Notes: generated from the sequence alone by a model not told the origin. Positions 18,893 to 28,352 are shown, numbered from the stretch's first letter. The stretch: DNA of 64,000 nt from Clostridiales bacterium (GCA_016303065.1 JAEDMJ010000001.1:24835-88834); one strand, 5' to 3'. Numbers and translations: made by a program.

Positions 18893-18921
18893 TTGACAAC
18901 AAGTGCAATTCAGTGTAAAAT
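18893..18921 (+). promoter_or_regulatory. Sigma-A-like promoter of the dehydrogenase gene
   Basis: TTGACA (18893..18898), 17-nt spacer, TAAAAT (18916..18921). Preceded by repeated TGTGGAA and CCGCACAAT motifs. Confidence 0.5.
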
Positions 18922-18957
18922 AACAATATGTAAATTAATACTACTTGCGGAGGCAAT

Positions 18958-20106
18958 ATGTCTGAAGCTTCAGAACATTTTGAAAAAATCATAGCCGAAC
19001 AGCTTGCCAGAATCGAGCACATGAAGTCCGAAGGCGATTTTGTGGATTACAGCGCCCTCGACGAGCTTGTCATCGGTATCTGCGGAGGCGACGGCATCGG
19101 CCCGTCAATCACCGCCCAGGGCGAAAGAGTTCTCGCCCACCTTCTCGCCGACAAGGTCGCGGAGGGAAAAGTCAAATTCCTCAACATTGACGGACTCACC
19201 ATTGAAAACCGCGCTGCGGCCGGCAAAGCCATCCCCGACGACGTGCTTGCCCAGCTCAAATCCTGCCACGTCATTCTCAAGGGGCCGACCACAACTCCCA
19301 AGGCCGGAGATCCCTGGCCCAATATCGAAAGCGCAAACGTCGCAATGCGCCGCGAGCTTGACCTTTTTGCAAACGTCCGTCCCGTCAAAGTCCCCTCCCA
19401 GGGAATCGACTGGGTCTTTTTCAGAGAAAACACCGAAGGCTCCTACGTTGTCGGAAGCAAGGGGCTCAAGTACAACGACGATCTTTCCATCGACTTCTGC
19501 GTGACCACCACCCAGGGCACGGAGCGCATCATCGAGCTGGCCTATGACTACGCGATAAAGACCGGCAGAAAGCGCGTCGACTGCGTCACAAAGGCCAATA
19601 TAATCAAGGCCACCGACGGCAAATTCCTCGACAAATTTAACGAGATTGCCGAAAAGCACCCCGATATCGCCCACGACAGCTGGTTTGTCGACATCATGAG
19701 CGCAAAGCTTATCGACGAAAAGCGCCGCCGCGACTTCAGCGTCATCGTTCTGCCCAACCTCTACGGCGACATTCTCACCGATGAGGCCGCCGAGATCCAG
19801 GGCGGCGTCGGCACCGCCGGAAGCGCCAATATCGGAAAGCGCTGGGCAATGTTTGAAGCGATCCACGGTTCCGCCCCCCGCATGGTCGAAGAGGGCCGCG
19901 CGGCCTACGCCGACCCCAGCTCCGTGCTTCGCGCCTGCGTGCTGCTGCTTGAGCACATCGGATTTGGCGACAGAGCGGAAAAGCTCTCCGCCGCGCTCGA
20001 CGCGGTCTCCGCGCCGGACAGCCCCATCAAAATGACCGGACGCGCCGGAGGAAGCACCGGCGCCGAGCTTGCCGACTACGTCATGTCGCTTGTCAGCAGG
20101 CAATAA
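18958..20106 (+). CDS. Isocitrate/isopropylmalate dehydrogenase-family protein (probable isocitrate dehydrogenase)
   Basis: CGGDGIGPSI and NLYGDILTDEAAEIQGGVGTAGSANIG motifs of the beta-decarboxylating dehydrogenase family. 382 aa. Confidence 0.8.
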   Translation: MSEASEHFEKIIAEQLARIEHMKSEGDFVDYSALDELVIGICGGDGIGPSITAQGERVLAHLLADKVAEGKVKFLNIDGLTIENRAAAGKAIPDDVLAQLKSCHVILKGPTTTPKAGDPWPNIESANVAMRRELDLFANVRPVKVPSQGIDWVFFRENTEGSYVVGSKGLKYNDDLSIDFCVTTTQGTERIIELAYDYAIKTGRKRVDCVTKANIIKATDGKFLDKFNEIAEKHPDIAHDSWFVDIMSAKLIDEKRRRDFSVIVLPNLYGDILTDEAAEIQGGVGTAGSANIGKRWAMFEAIHGSAPRMVEEGRAAYADPSSVLRACVLLLEHIGFGDRAEKLSAALDAVSAPDSPIKMTGRAGGSTGAELADYVMSLVSRQ

Positions 20107-20173
20107 TTTCCTCACAGAATTTTCTCTTTTCGCCCCCTGAACGTTTCGGAATCTAAAAAAAGGAGTGCCTCAT

Positions 20174-20830
20174 ATGAGCAGAAACAGCTTTATATCCATG
20201 GCGGTCATCCGTCGTCTTCCCAGATACTACCGTTATCTGAAGGAGATGCACGATTCCGGAATCAAAACGATTTCGTCGCGTGAGCTCGCCGACTGTATGG
20301 AGCTGACCGCATCTCAGGTGAGGCAGGATTTCAACTGCTTCGGCGACTTCGGACAGCAGGGCTGCGGATACGACGTCGAGTCCCTGACTGCGTCGATCAC
20401 CAACATTCTCGGCCTTGACGAAGGCTACCGCGTCGTTATCATGGGCGCGGGCCGCCTCGGAAGATCGCTGATAGAGAACTTCGGTTTTTCCTCCCGGGGT
20501 TACAACCTCATTGCGGCCTTTGATTCCGACCCGGAAAAGTGCGGCGAATACCTCGGAGTTCCCATTCTTCACACGGACAAAATCTCCGAATTTTTCGCCT
20601 CGGAGCCAAGGGCGGACATCGGAATTCTCGCCGTTCCCGTTGACAAGGCCCGTACCGGCGCGGACTACCTCTCCCGGTGCGGAGTCAAGGCGATCTGGAA
20701 CATCACGAAAGCGGAGCTTCCCCTTGCCGAGGCAAACGGCATTCTCGTCGAAAACCTCCACATTTCGGATTCCCTCATGACCCTTTCCTACCGCCTTACG
20801 GAGCTTGAAAACAGGCTCTACGGCGGCTGA
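20174..20830 (+). CDS. rex: Redox-sensing transcriptional repressor Rex
   Basis: AVIRRLPRYYRYL winged-helix motif plus Rossmann motif VVIMGAGRLG. ATG at 20174 with AGGAG 8 nt upstream (an alternative GTG lies at 20165). Confidence 0.88.
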   Translation: MSRNSFISMAVIRRLPRYYRYLKEMHDSGIKTISSRELADCMELTASQVRQDFNCFGDFGQQGCGYDVESLTASITNILGLDEGYRVVIMGAGRLGRSLIENFGFSSRGYNLIAAFDSDPEKCGEYLGVPILHTDKISEFFASEPRADIGILAVPVDKARTGADYLSRCGVKAIWNITKAELPLAEANGILVENLHISDSLMTLSYRLTELENRLYGG

Positions 20831-20867
20831 GCGGTCGCGGTGCAGACTTAATTCAAAACTTTCCAAA

Positions 20868-20904
20868 ACAGAGACGGACAAAAAAGTACCGTCTCTGTTT
20901 TTCT
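20868..20904 (+). terminator. Rho-independent terminator of rex
   Basis: ACAGAGACGG-loop-CCGTCTCTGT followed by TTTTTCTG. Confidence 0.7.
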
Positions 20905-21223
20905 GTCCTCCGGAGCCGAGTGCAAAGCGGCTTTTTCCCAAAAAGCCTGACAAGCATCTCCGGATACGGGCGTTTTGGCAGTGACAAAGGCCCTTCCGCC
21001 TTTTTTTGAACAGACGGGAAGGGCCTTTAACGCTTTTTTCTTACAGGCCGTTTTTCAAAGCAAACGGAAGACAAAAAACGGCGTTTCACAAATCTCCCGG
21101 CCCTGCCTTTCCGCCAGGGCGCTTTTTTGGGGAGAGGACAGAATAGCTTTTTCCCAAGGGTCCGGAGCGCGCTTTCGCTGAATTTTTGCCTTTCCCCCCG
21201 GGCGGAGCTTCTTTTTCGCGCAT

Positions 21224-21290
21224 AAAAACACCCCGCCTTTAAGACGGCATCGAACCTGTCTTAAAGGCGGGGTGGATTCTGTTTTTTTTG
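21224..21290 (-). terminator. Rho-independent (bidirectional) terminator of the DUF4340/ABC operon
   Basis: 15-bp stem CCCCGCCTTTAAGAC / GTCTTAAAGGCGGGG with an A-run on one side and a T-run on the other. Confidence 0.7.
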
Positions 21291-21317
21291 AAACGGTGAA
21301 GAAGACGCTTCGTTTTT

Positions 21318-22778
21318 TCAGTTTTTCAGCGTTTTCAGTATCGCATCGCCCATATTGTCGATATCCCGGATGCTGACGAGAATATCGTCCTCTCCGTTAA
21401 AGGATACGCGGTAGAAGTTCACGCTGTATTCGTAGACGAAAAGTGTCATCCGGCTGAAGCTTTCGGTGTTGCGCGAGAACTCGACCGTCATATACGGCGT
21501 CATGTTCTCCTGCCAGCTTCCCGCGTCGGCCCGGCCTTCAACCTTCAGAGCCAGCAGCCCGTCGTAGAAGGTGTTGATGTTCGTGCTGTCGACAACCGCA
21601 CCGTTTGCGGTGAAGACGTTCGTGACCGTCGTATCGCCGTTGGCGTCGGTGATGGATTTTTCTGTCCTGACGACGTTGATCTCGGCTCCGTTGTAGCTCA
21701 CTTTCAGGGATTCCACCGATTCAAGCTGTATGGCGCAGACCTCATCCGGCGTGAGATCCGCCGAAACATAACTCAAAACAGCGTCCGCAGTCTCGGCGGA
21801 AACGCGGTAAACCATGTCGTTTCCGGTCCACATCATGAAGCATACGCCGTTTTCATCGGCCTCGCTGAATACGACCTCAAGCTCGATCTCAGCTTCCTGA
21901 GTTTCTATGCCGACGTCGTTTTCAACGTCAACCTCGCCGATATAGGTGATGTCAAAGCCCCGCTCGGAACCGGCAAGACCGTAAGCCTCAAGGGCGGCCC
22001 TGTCCGGCGCATAGTCGACGCATACAATATCCCCGAACGCGGTCAGATTCTCACAGAGAACCGTCATTGCGGAAGTCCTCAGAGCGTCATATTCGCCGGA
22101 GGCGTTCTGCTCAAACCACGTGTAATAGTCCGTATAGAGTTTGGGAGAACCTCCCTCGCTCCACGTCATCTCCCGCTCCAGATCTCCGTCAAAGAGGCGG
22201 ATGCGGGTGATGTCCTGGTAGCCGTACTCAGGATAGCTCTCCGCCGAAACGGCAAGCTCAAAGACATCCTTCATGAAAGCCCTGGGAATGGACTCATCGA
22301 TGAGATGCACCTCTCCCGACCCTTCCATGCGCGCATAGTAGGCGCTGAAGGCGCTGTTGTATGCTCCGATATACATCGTCTGCGAAACGCTTCCGTCCGA
22401 CGCGGTGATCGTAAGCGCCGGGGAGCTGAGCCCGAAGTCCTCGCTGTCGACAAGGCTTCCGCTGTCGTCCACAAGGCGAACGGAAGAAGCGCCGTCGCGG
22501 ATCAGCTTTGCCAGGCTGTCAAGGTCGTCCTGCCGAAGCGGCATATCCTCGTCGGAACTGTTGACCCAGCTGTAGTTTACGAGCCTGAACTCCGTGCTCA
22601 CCCCGCCGTATACGTAGGTGAAGTTCACAATGTCCGAGCCGTATTTTCCGATGACCGCGTTTTCCGGATCGTCATGCTGTTCTTCCGTGTTGTTCGCAAG
22701 ATCCACAATCAGGAAGCACGCCCCGATGCAGACGGCAAGAGCCGCAGCAAGAATGACAAGTTTTACCCAGGGCTTCAT
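21318..22778 (-). CDS. DUF4340-domain protein, N-terminal membrane anchor
   Basis: 486 aa with a single N-terminal TM helix (VKLVILAAALAVCIGACFLIV). Sits in the position downstream of a GldG-like gene where DUF4340 proteins are typically found. ATGA overlap with the upstream gene. Confidence 0.6.
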   Translation of the reverse strand: MKPWVKLVILAAALAVCIGACFLIVDLANNTEEQHDDPENAVIGKYGSDIVNFTYVYGGVSTEFRLVNYSWVNSSDEDMPLRQDDLDSLAKLIRDGASSVRLVDDSGSLVDSEDFGLSSPALTITASDGSVSQTMYIGAYNSAFSAYYARMEGSGEVHLIDESIPRAFMKDVFELAVSAESYPEYGYQDITRIRLFDGDLEREMTWSEGGSPKLYTDYYTWFEQNASGEYDALRTSAMTVLCENLTAFGDIVCVDYAPDRAALEAYGLAGSERGFDITYIGEVDVENDVGIETQEAEIELEVVFSEADENGVCFMMWTGNDMVYRVSAETADAVLSYVSADLTPDEVCAIQLESVESLKVSYNGAEINVVRTEKSITDANGDTTVTNVFTANGAVVDSTNINTFYDGLLALKVEGRADAGSWQENMTPYMTVEFSRNTESFSRMTLFVYEYSVNFYRVSFNGEDDILVSIRDIDNMGDAILKTLKN

Positions 22779-24280
22779 CTGCGCTGTCTCCTTACGAACC
22801 AGACGACGAATCCGATTGCTATAAGCATGACCGGAATGACCGCCACAAGGACGATCGTCCAGGCCGTCTGGGCGGCGTCGCTCATGTCAAGAGTGCTGTT
22901 GGAAAGAGTGATGGTGCGAATCGAAATGCTGTCGACGCGCTCGGTGCCGTAGGCAAGCGTGTTAAGCAGGACGTTGAGCGAACCCTCGGACGCGTAATTG
23001 TCCGCGAACATGAGCGAGGACGAGAACCAGAAGAAGCGGCTGGAGGCGCTGTCGGAGACCTGTTCCTCAACAAGGACGCCCAGCGCAAACTTTCCGTCGA
23101 TATCGCCTTCCACCTTGTCATAGCTGTCAAGGTTTTCGGTGATGAGCTTGGAATAGGAGTTTTCGGACGTTTCCAGAAGCGTTGAGAAGCTGAGGGACGA
23201 ACGGTAGCTGTCGATCTGCCGGATCCCGTGTGCAAGCGGCACATAGACGTATGAGCCGTTGGCAATGAGGGGATCGGTTATCTCGTGGGAGACCTTGTTC
23301 GCAATGATGTTGAAGGGCAGGCTGTAATAATAGCCGCTGGTCTCAAGCACAAGACCGTCGACCTTTTCAAGGCCGTAGGCTTCGCAGAGCTTTGCAAAAG
23401 TGGGACAGGCCGCCGCGTCATAGCCGTAGTTTGTCAGGAAGACGATGGAACCGCCGCGCTCCATGTATGCCATGAGCTTGCCGAATTCATCTTCGGTAAG
23501 GTCCGAAGTCGGACTGTTGATGAGAACGCAGTTGGCGTCCGCAGGGACGGCTTCCAGGGCGAGAAGGCTGTTTCCCTCCTCCAGCTTCACAATGGAATAG
23601 TTCTCGTCGGCGATATACTTCGACGCATAGGTCTCCAGGTCGCTTTCACCGTGTCCGCGAAGGAGATATATGACCGGAAGCTTGTTCGTAGTTACATAGT
23701 CGATGGCGTTCACGACCGCATTTTCAGCGGAGAAAACGTCGTACGGAACATAGTTCAGTATCTGCTCATAGCTGTAACCGTACTGGTACATCAGCATATA
23801 CGCGTTGTAAAGCGCATCCTCGCTCCAGCTGAACATATCCCCGTAGTTGACGATCTTAAAGCGCTTTCCGCTCTCGAACACGAGACTGTTGGTGGCGGGC
23901 TCTTCTCCCTCATCAACATATCTGTATATGAAAGTCGGATCCTTTTCCGGATAGATCTTCTTTACGGTTATCTTCGGGTTGAGCTCGGAAAACCTTTCAA
24001 GGAACTGTTCGATATAGATGTAATTTGTGTTGCTCTCGTCGATCCAGTGATAGATCGTTATATTTTCATCGAGCTTTTTCGCGATCTCTTCGGTCTGCTC
24101 CGTAAAATCATAGAGCTGCATCGTCGAAACGTCGGGCGTCGTGACAGAGGTCGGAAGAAGTCCGACAAGCACGTTGAGCGCCACGACGATCGCGATCACG
24201 ATCACGCACACAATAAGCGAATAGCTTCCCGCGCGCACCGTGAGCTTTGTTCTCTGTGCGTTCTTTTTCATCAGCTCCAC
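22775..24280 (-). CDS. GldG-like ABC-transporter auxiliary component
   Basis: 501 aa with N- and C-terminal TM helices and a large extracytoplasmic domain. Conserved position after an ABC-2 permease. 10-nt overlap with the permease gene. Confidence 0.65.
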   Translation of the reverse strand: MELMKKNAQRTKLTVRAGSYSLIVCVIVIAIVVALNVLVGLLPTSVTTPDVSTMQLYDFTEQTEEIAKKLDENITIYHWIDESNTNYIYIEQFLERFSELNPKITVKKIYPEKDPTFIYRYVDEGEEPATNSLVFESGKRFKIVNYGDMFSWSEDALYNAYMLMYQYGYSYEQILNYVPYDVFSAENAVVNAIDYVTTNKLPVIYLLRGHGESDLETYASKYIADENYSIVKLEEGNSLLALEAVPADANCVLINSPTSDLTEDEFGKLMAYMERGGSIVFLTNYGYDAAACPTFAKLCEAYGLEKVDGLVLETSGYYYSLPFNIIANKVSHEITDPLIANGSYVYVPLAHGIRQIDSYRSSLSFSTLLETSENSYSKLITENLDSYDKVEGDIDGKFALGVLVEEQVSDSASSRFFWFSSSLMFADNYASEGSLNVLLNTLAYGTERVDSISIRTITLSNSTLDMSDAAQTAWTIVLVAVIPVMLIAIGFVVWFVRRQRR

Positions 24281-25143
24281 CTCCGCTTCTCAAGGGACTG
24301 CACCGAAAGGAACAGGAACATGACCGTCACAGTGATAAAGTAGAAATAGACGGTCAGGTCGATGAGTCCGTCAAAGAGAATGTTCTCGATCATGTTGAAC
24401 ACGGCAAAAGACCCCAGCAGCGAGGAAAGCGCCGTCTCAAGTATGGTAGAGTCGATGAAGAACAGCGCAAGAACGCCGACTTCAAGGACGATGCCCACAA
24501 TCAGCGCGATCGTCCAGTCCTTTGTCATGACCTTTACAAGCAGAGTCACAAGCGCAACAACAACAGTAAAAGCCGCCATCGAAGCAAGGCTCGAGGACTC
24601 GACAAGGCTTATGATCGACGACATAAGCAGAGCCATTAAAACCACGACAAAGCTTATGACCGCCGAAATGATCTGGCTGTCAGTCAGAGTGGAGATGAAA
24701 AGTCCGATGCTTATCAGCATCGCTCCCAGAAGGAAGAATATGAGTATGCCGGCATACGACGCAAGGAAGTTGACGTTGCCGTAAGCGGAAAAGATGAGCG
24801 GATAAAAGCAGAAAACAAGGCACGGGATCCCGATAACCGTGATCATAGCCAGGTATTTTCCGAGAACGATATCCGCCATGGAGATCGGAGACGTGAAGAG
24901 AAGCTGATCGGTCCTGCTCTTTGTCTCCTCAGCCATGGAACGCATGGTAAGCACCGGAACGACCACAAGGTATGCCCAGATACCGCCGTTAAGGCTGTAT
25001 TCAAAGCTTGAAAGGCTGTAGGCTCCGCCAAGGTTGTAAACACGCATGAAAAGCCCGACGACCAAAAGAATGACGGCAATGAAGATAAATCCCATCATTC
25101 CGGAGAACATTACCTTCATTTCCTTTTTATAAACGCTTCCCAT
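24271..25143 (-). CDS. ABC-2 family transporter permease (GldF-like)
   Basis: 290 aa with about six predicted TM helices. Abuts the ATPase gene. Confidence 0.7.
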   Translation of the reverse strand: MGSVYKKEMKVMFSGMMGFIFIAVILLVVGLFMRVYNLGGAYSLSSFEYSLNGGIWAYLVVVPVLTMRSMAEETKSRTDQLLFTSPISMADIVLGKYLAMITVIGIPCLVFCFYPLIFSAYGNVNFLASYAGILIFFLLGAMLISIGLFISTLTDSQIISAVISFVVVLMALLMSSIISLVESSSLASMAAFTVVVALVTLLVKVMTKDWTIALIVGIVLEVGVLALFFIDSTILETALSSLLGSFAVFNMIENILFDGLIDLTVYFYFITVTVMFLFLSVQSLEKRRWS

Positions 25144-26250
25144 TTACCTGTTTTCCTCCTCACCGCCGGAGTTTTCTTTCCCGGAAGTCTCGTTGCTCTC
25201 CTCGGCCCCGGCATCCGAAGGCTCGTACTCGTACACGTCTTCCTGCTCCTGAGTCTTTTCGCCGGAGGTGTACTCGATGAACACTTCTTCAAGGCTGACC
25301 GTATCCTTTTTCATGCCGAGAACAGGTATTCTCGCCACCGCAAAGGCATAGGAAAGATCTTCGCGGATATCTTTTCCTGCAGGATATTCGATGCGGACGT
25401 CGACGCAGTCGGATTCGGAAGATTTTGAGAAGGCAAGTCCGACTTTCTCCCCGACGGTCTTCAGAATGACGGATCTGACGGCCTCGGACTTTCCCTTCAC
25501 GGTCAGGAGCAGAAGCTCCTTTCCGTCGTTGGAGCCAAGGTTCTCCGTCGTGTTCTCGACGACAAGTCTGCCCTTGTTGATGATGAGGATGCTGTCGCAG
25601 ATCTCGTTGACTTCCGTAAGGATGTGGCTCGAAAGTATGACGGTGTGGTCTTTTTTCAGCGATTTGATGAGCTCGCGAATCTCGATGATCTGAATCGGGT
25701 CAAGACCGACCGTCGGCTCGTCGAGAATGATAATATCCGGACCCCCGATGATCGCCTGTGCAAGTCCGACACGCTGTTTGTAGCCCTTTGAAAGGCTGCG
25801 AATAAGGCGGTCCTGAACCTTTTCAAGACCGGTACGTTTGATAACCGTCGCTATCTCCCCGGGCCGTTCGCTCTTCGGGATCTTTTTAAGACCGGCACAG
25901 ATGTCCAGATATTCTCTCGGCGTAAGTTCCTGATAGAGCGGCGGCTGCTCCGGCAGATAGCCGATGCAGCTTTTTGCCTTTTTGGCATCCTTGAAGATGT
26001 CATAGCCGTTGATCGTGACCGTGCCCGAAGTGGCCGCCAGATATCCGGTTATGATGTTCATCGTTGTGGACTTTCCCGCTCCGTTCGGTCCGAGAAAACC
26101 GTAGATCTTTCCGGGTTCGATCCTGAAGCTGATATTGTCCACAGCCTTGACTCCGCCGCTGTAGATCTTCGTCAGATTCTTTACCTCAATCAAAACTTCA
26201 TACCCCCGTTTTGTTACCCGCAGAGCCGCAGTCCGCGGCTCTGTTTTCAT
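25144..26250 (-). CDS. ABC transporter ATP-binding protein (GldA-like) with acidic C-terminal tail
   Basis: Walker A GPNGAGKST, signature LSKGYKQRVGLA, Walker B IIILDEPT. About 100 aa of C-terminal extension ending in an E/S/G-rich acidic tail. The true start may be the TTG at about 26193 (MIEVKNLTKIY), which has GGGGG 9 nt upstream. Confidence 0.85.
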   Translation of the reverse strand: MKTEPRTAALRVTKRGYEVLIEVKNLTKIYSGGVKAVDNISFRIEPGKIYGFLGPNGAGKSTTMNIITGYLAATSGTVTINGYDIFKDAKKAKSCIGYLPEQPPLYQELTPREYLDICAGLKKIPKSERPGEIATVIKRTGLEKVQDRLIRSLSKGYKQRVGLAQAIIGGPDIIILDEPTVGLDPIQIIEIRELIKSLKKDHTVILSSHILTEVNEICDSILIINKGRLVVENTTENLGSNDGKELLLLTVKGKSEAVRSVILKTVGEKVGLAFSKSSESDCVDVRIEYPAGKDIREDLSYAFAVARIPVLGMKKDTVSLEEVFIEYTSGEKTQEQEDVYEYEPSDAGAEESNETSGKENSGGEEENR

Positions 26251-26321
26251 CTTGAGTATAATAACCGTAAGTCCCGGCTTCGGTGTTACCCAAGGGTAAA
26301 ACTATTGTGAATACTTCGTAA

Positions 26322-26350
26322 ATTATAGCATGAAATGCCAAAATATGCAA
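26322..26350 (-). promoter_or_regulatory. Sigma-A-like promoter (extended -10) of the gldA-like operon
   Basis: On the minus strand: TTGCAT, 17-nt spacer, TGcTATAAT. Followed by a leader containing the GAGCCGC/GCGGCTC hairpin. Confidence 0.55.
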
Positions 26351-26396
26351 TAGCTTTTACCTTTTGCCTCCCGCCGCGCCGTTCAGAAAACCATAA

Positions 26397-26432
26397 AAAC
26401 GCCCGATTTTCCGGGATGCCGGAAAAAGCGTT
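26397..26432. terminator. Bidirectional terminator downstream of the AKR gene
   Basis: AAAAACGC...GCGTTTTT stem with a nested CCGG hairpin and T-runs on both strands. Confidence 0.5.
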
Positions 26433-26435
26433 TTG

Positions 26436-27314
26436 TTATTCGGCGGCGGCAATGGCGTCCGCCGGAGCGTCTTCCGGAAGAAATCCGCTGAAGCCCAAAC
26501 CCGAGATGCTTTCCAGCGTCTCCATATCCCCGTCCGAAATTTCAAAGTCAAACACTTCCGCATTTGACGCGATCCTCTCCGGCTTCAAAGACTTCGGAAG
26601 CGGAAGCACGTTTTCTTCAAGGGCATATCGTATGCAGAGCTGAGCAACGGTTTTCCCGTATTTCTCCGCAATGGCGGCAAGCGTTCCGTCGGAAAGCACC
26701 GCGCCCGATCCAAGCGGACTCCAGGCTTCGACGGTGATGCCCTTTTCCCGGCAGTATTTCGCAAGCAAAAGCTGGGAATACCCGGGGTGGAACTCAATCT
26801 GGTTTACCATCGGCATGATGTCCGCGCGCTCTTCCAGCGCTTCAAGGTGCGGAACCTCAAAGTTTGAAACTCCGATGGCCCTGATCTTTCCGTCACGGTA
26901 AAGCTTTTCAAAGGCGCTCCAGGTCGAAGCGTTCAGCTCTTTCCAGTCCGGAGAGACCTTTTCCACGGCCGGCCAGTGGACGAGATACAGATCCACATAG
27001 TCCGTGCCGAGGTTTTTAAGGGAAGCTTCAAAAGTCTCGACCGTCTTTTGAAATCCGCGGAAGGAAACCCAGTGCTTCGTTGTAAGGAAGATATCCTCCC
27101 GCTTTACGCCCGATGCGCGGATTCCCTCTCCGACGCTCTCCTCGTTTCCGTATGCAAAGGCGGTGTCTATATGCCTGTATCCGAGACGCAGCGCGTTTTC
27201 GACGCTGACCTTGGCGGCCTGCCCGTTCTCGGTCTTCCAGGTTCCGTATCCGATGCACGGTATCTTCACACCGTTTGAAAGTGTAAAGCAGTCTGTAAGC
27301 TTTTTGAAATCCAT
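26436..27314 (-). CDS. Aldo/keto reductase (2,5-diketo-D-gluconate reductase-like)
   Basis: GYGTWK...GYRHIDTAFAYGNE...LVHWP motifs of the AKR superfamily. 292 aa. Confidence 0.85.
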   Translation of the reverse strand: MDFKKLTDCFTLSNGVKIPCIGYGTWKTENGQAAKVSVENALRLGYRHIDTAFAYGNEESVGEGIRASGVKREDIFLTTKHWVSFRGFQKTVETFEASLKNLGTDYVDLYLVHWPAVEKVSPDWKELNASTWSAFEKLYRDGKIRAIGVSNFEVPHLEALEERADIMPMVNQIEFHPGYSQLLLAKYCREKGITVEAWSPLGSGAVLSDGTLAAIAEKYGKTVAQLCIRYALEENVLPLPKSLKPERIASNAEVFDFEISDGDMETLESISGLGFSGFLPEDAPADAIAAAE

Positions 27315-27470
27315 GTCGGCAATTCCTCCGTATCCGGTGTTTAATCCCCTTGCCCGCGCAGGCTCTCGGGGCGCCGGGACTTTTTCCTATTATATATTCA
27401 AAAAGACCTTCTGTCAACGGGACAATTCTCCGTTAAGACGCTCCCTCCCCCGGTTTTGCTCCAAAACCCA

Positions 27471-27513
27471 AAGCCGTCTGCCGGAAAACTGTTCCGGCAG
27501 ACGGCTTTTTTTC
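27471..27513. terminator. Hairpin/T-run terminator downstream of the MscS gene
   Basis: AAGCCGTCTGCCGGA...TCCGGCAGACGGCTT followed by TTTTTTT. Confidence 0.55.
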
Positions 27514-27539
27514 CCTTGCTTTTTCCCGGCAAAGGGCTT

Positions 27540-28352
27540 TTATCTGTTTTCGCTGACGACGGAGATCCTTGCGGTTGCCGGCTGGATTCCCTTTTCCGCA
27601 AATCCGGCAAAGACGCGGTCAGTGACGTCAAACTTGAGATCCCAGTAATCCGCGCCGCTGCACCAGACGCGCAGCGTGAACTCTCTTCCGCACTCCGTGG
27701 CGTTGGTCTGGACAACGACCGCCTCCGGCTCGGCAAGGACCCTTTGATCGGCGGCGGCGGCCAGCATTATCTCGCGGACGGTTCCGGCATCGGTGCCGTA
27801 GGCCACCGTGACGGGGATGTCGACGCGCCTTGTCGCTTCGGAGCTGTAATTCACGACGTTGGCGTTCATCAGCGAGCCGTTGGGAACGGTGATGCGCTTG
27901 TTGTCAACAGTGATGAGCTTTGTGTAAAAAACGGTAATGTCGGAGACGGTTCCCTCGGCGCCCGTAGCAGAAATATAGTCCCCGACGCCGAAAGGCTTGA
28001 AAATGAGGATCATGAGTCCGCCCGCCAAATTGCTCAGCGCGCCCTGAAGAGCCAGACCGATCGCAAGGCCCGCGGCGGAGATCGCCGCAATAAGCGAAGA
28101 CACGGGAACGCCGAGAATCGCGACCACCGAAACGATCACGAGCGTCCAGATGACGATTTTAACAAGGCTGCGGGTGAAGCTCTGAACGGAAAGGTCCAGC
28201 TTTTTGAAGCCCTTGTTCTTCTGCATAAACTTTCCGGCAAGACGGACGACGACGATGCCCGCCACGAACACGAGCCCGGCAAACAGAATCTCCTTGCCGA
28301 TATTCAGCAAACCGGACAAAAGGCTTCCGAGCATCTTTTCCAAAAATACCAT
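27540..28352 (-). CDS. Mechanosensitive ion channel (MscS family)
   Basis: Three N-terminal TM helices, then the conserved MscS beta-domain (NLAGGLMILIFKPFGVGDYI). Start chosen at the ATG 28350..28352 (270 aa); the ORF extends to 28508. Confidence 0.75.
   Translation of the reverse strand: MVFLEKMLGSLLSGLLNIGKEILFAGLVFVAGIVVVRLAGKFMQKNKGFKKLDLSVQSFTRSLVKIVIWTLVIVSVVAILGVPVSSLIAAISAAGLAIGLALQGALSNLAGGLMILIFKPFGVGDYISATGAEGTVSDITVFYTKLITVDNKRITVPNGSLMNANVVNYSSEATRRVDIPVTVAYGTDAGTVREIMLAAAADQRVLAEPEAVVVQTNATECGREFTLRVWCSGADYWDLKFDVTDRVFAGFAEKGIQPATARISVVSENR

Noticed and set aside
19105-20115. 336-aa minus-strand ORF inside the dehydrogenase gene; also 20153..20953 (-) inside rex
   Set aside because: Shadow ORFs. 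The plus-strand genes have clear family motifs.
20975-21181. 68-aa plus-strand ORF in the hairpin-rich convergent intergenic region
   Set aside because: It lies across successive terminator-like hairpins and has no ribosome-binding site. The region is more plausibly non-coding.
23285-24343. 352-aa plus-strand ORF opposite the gldG-like gene
   Set aside because: Antisense shadow with no motif support.
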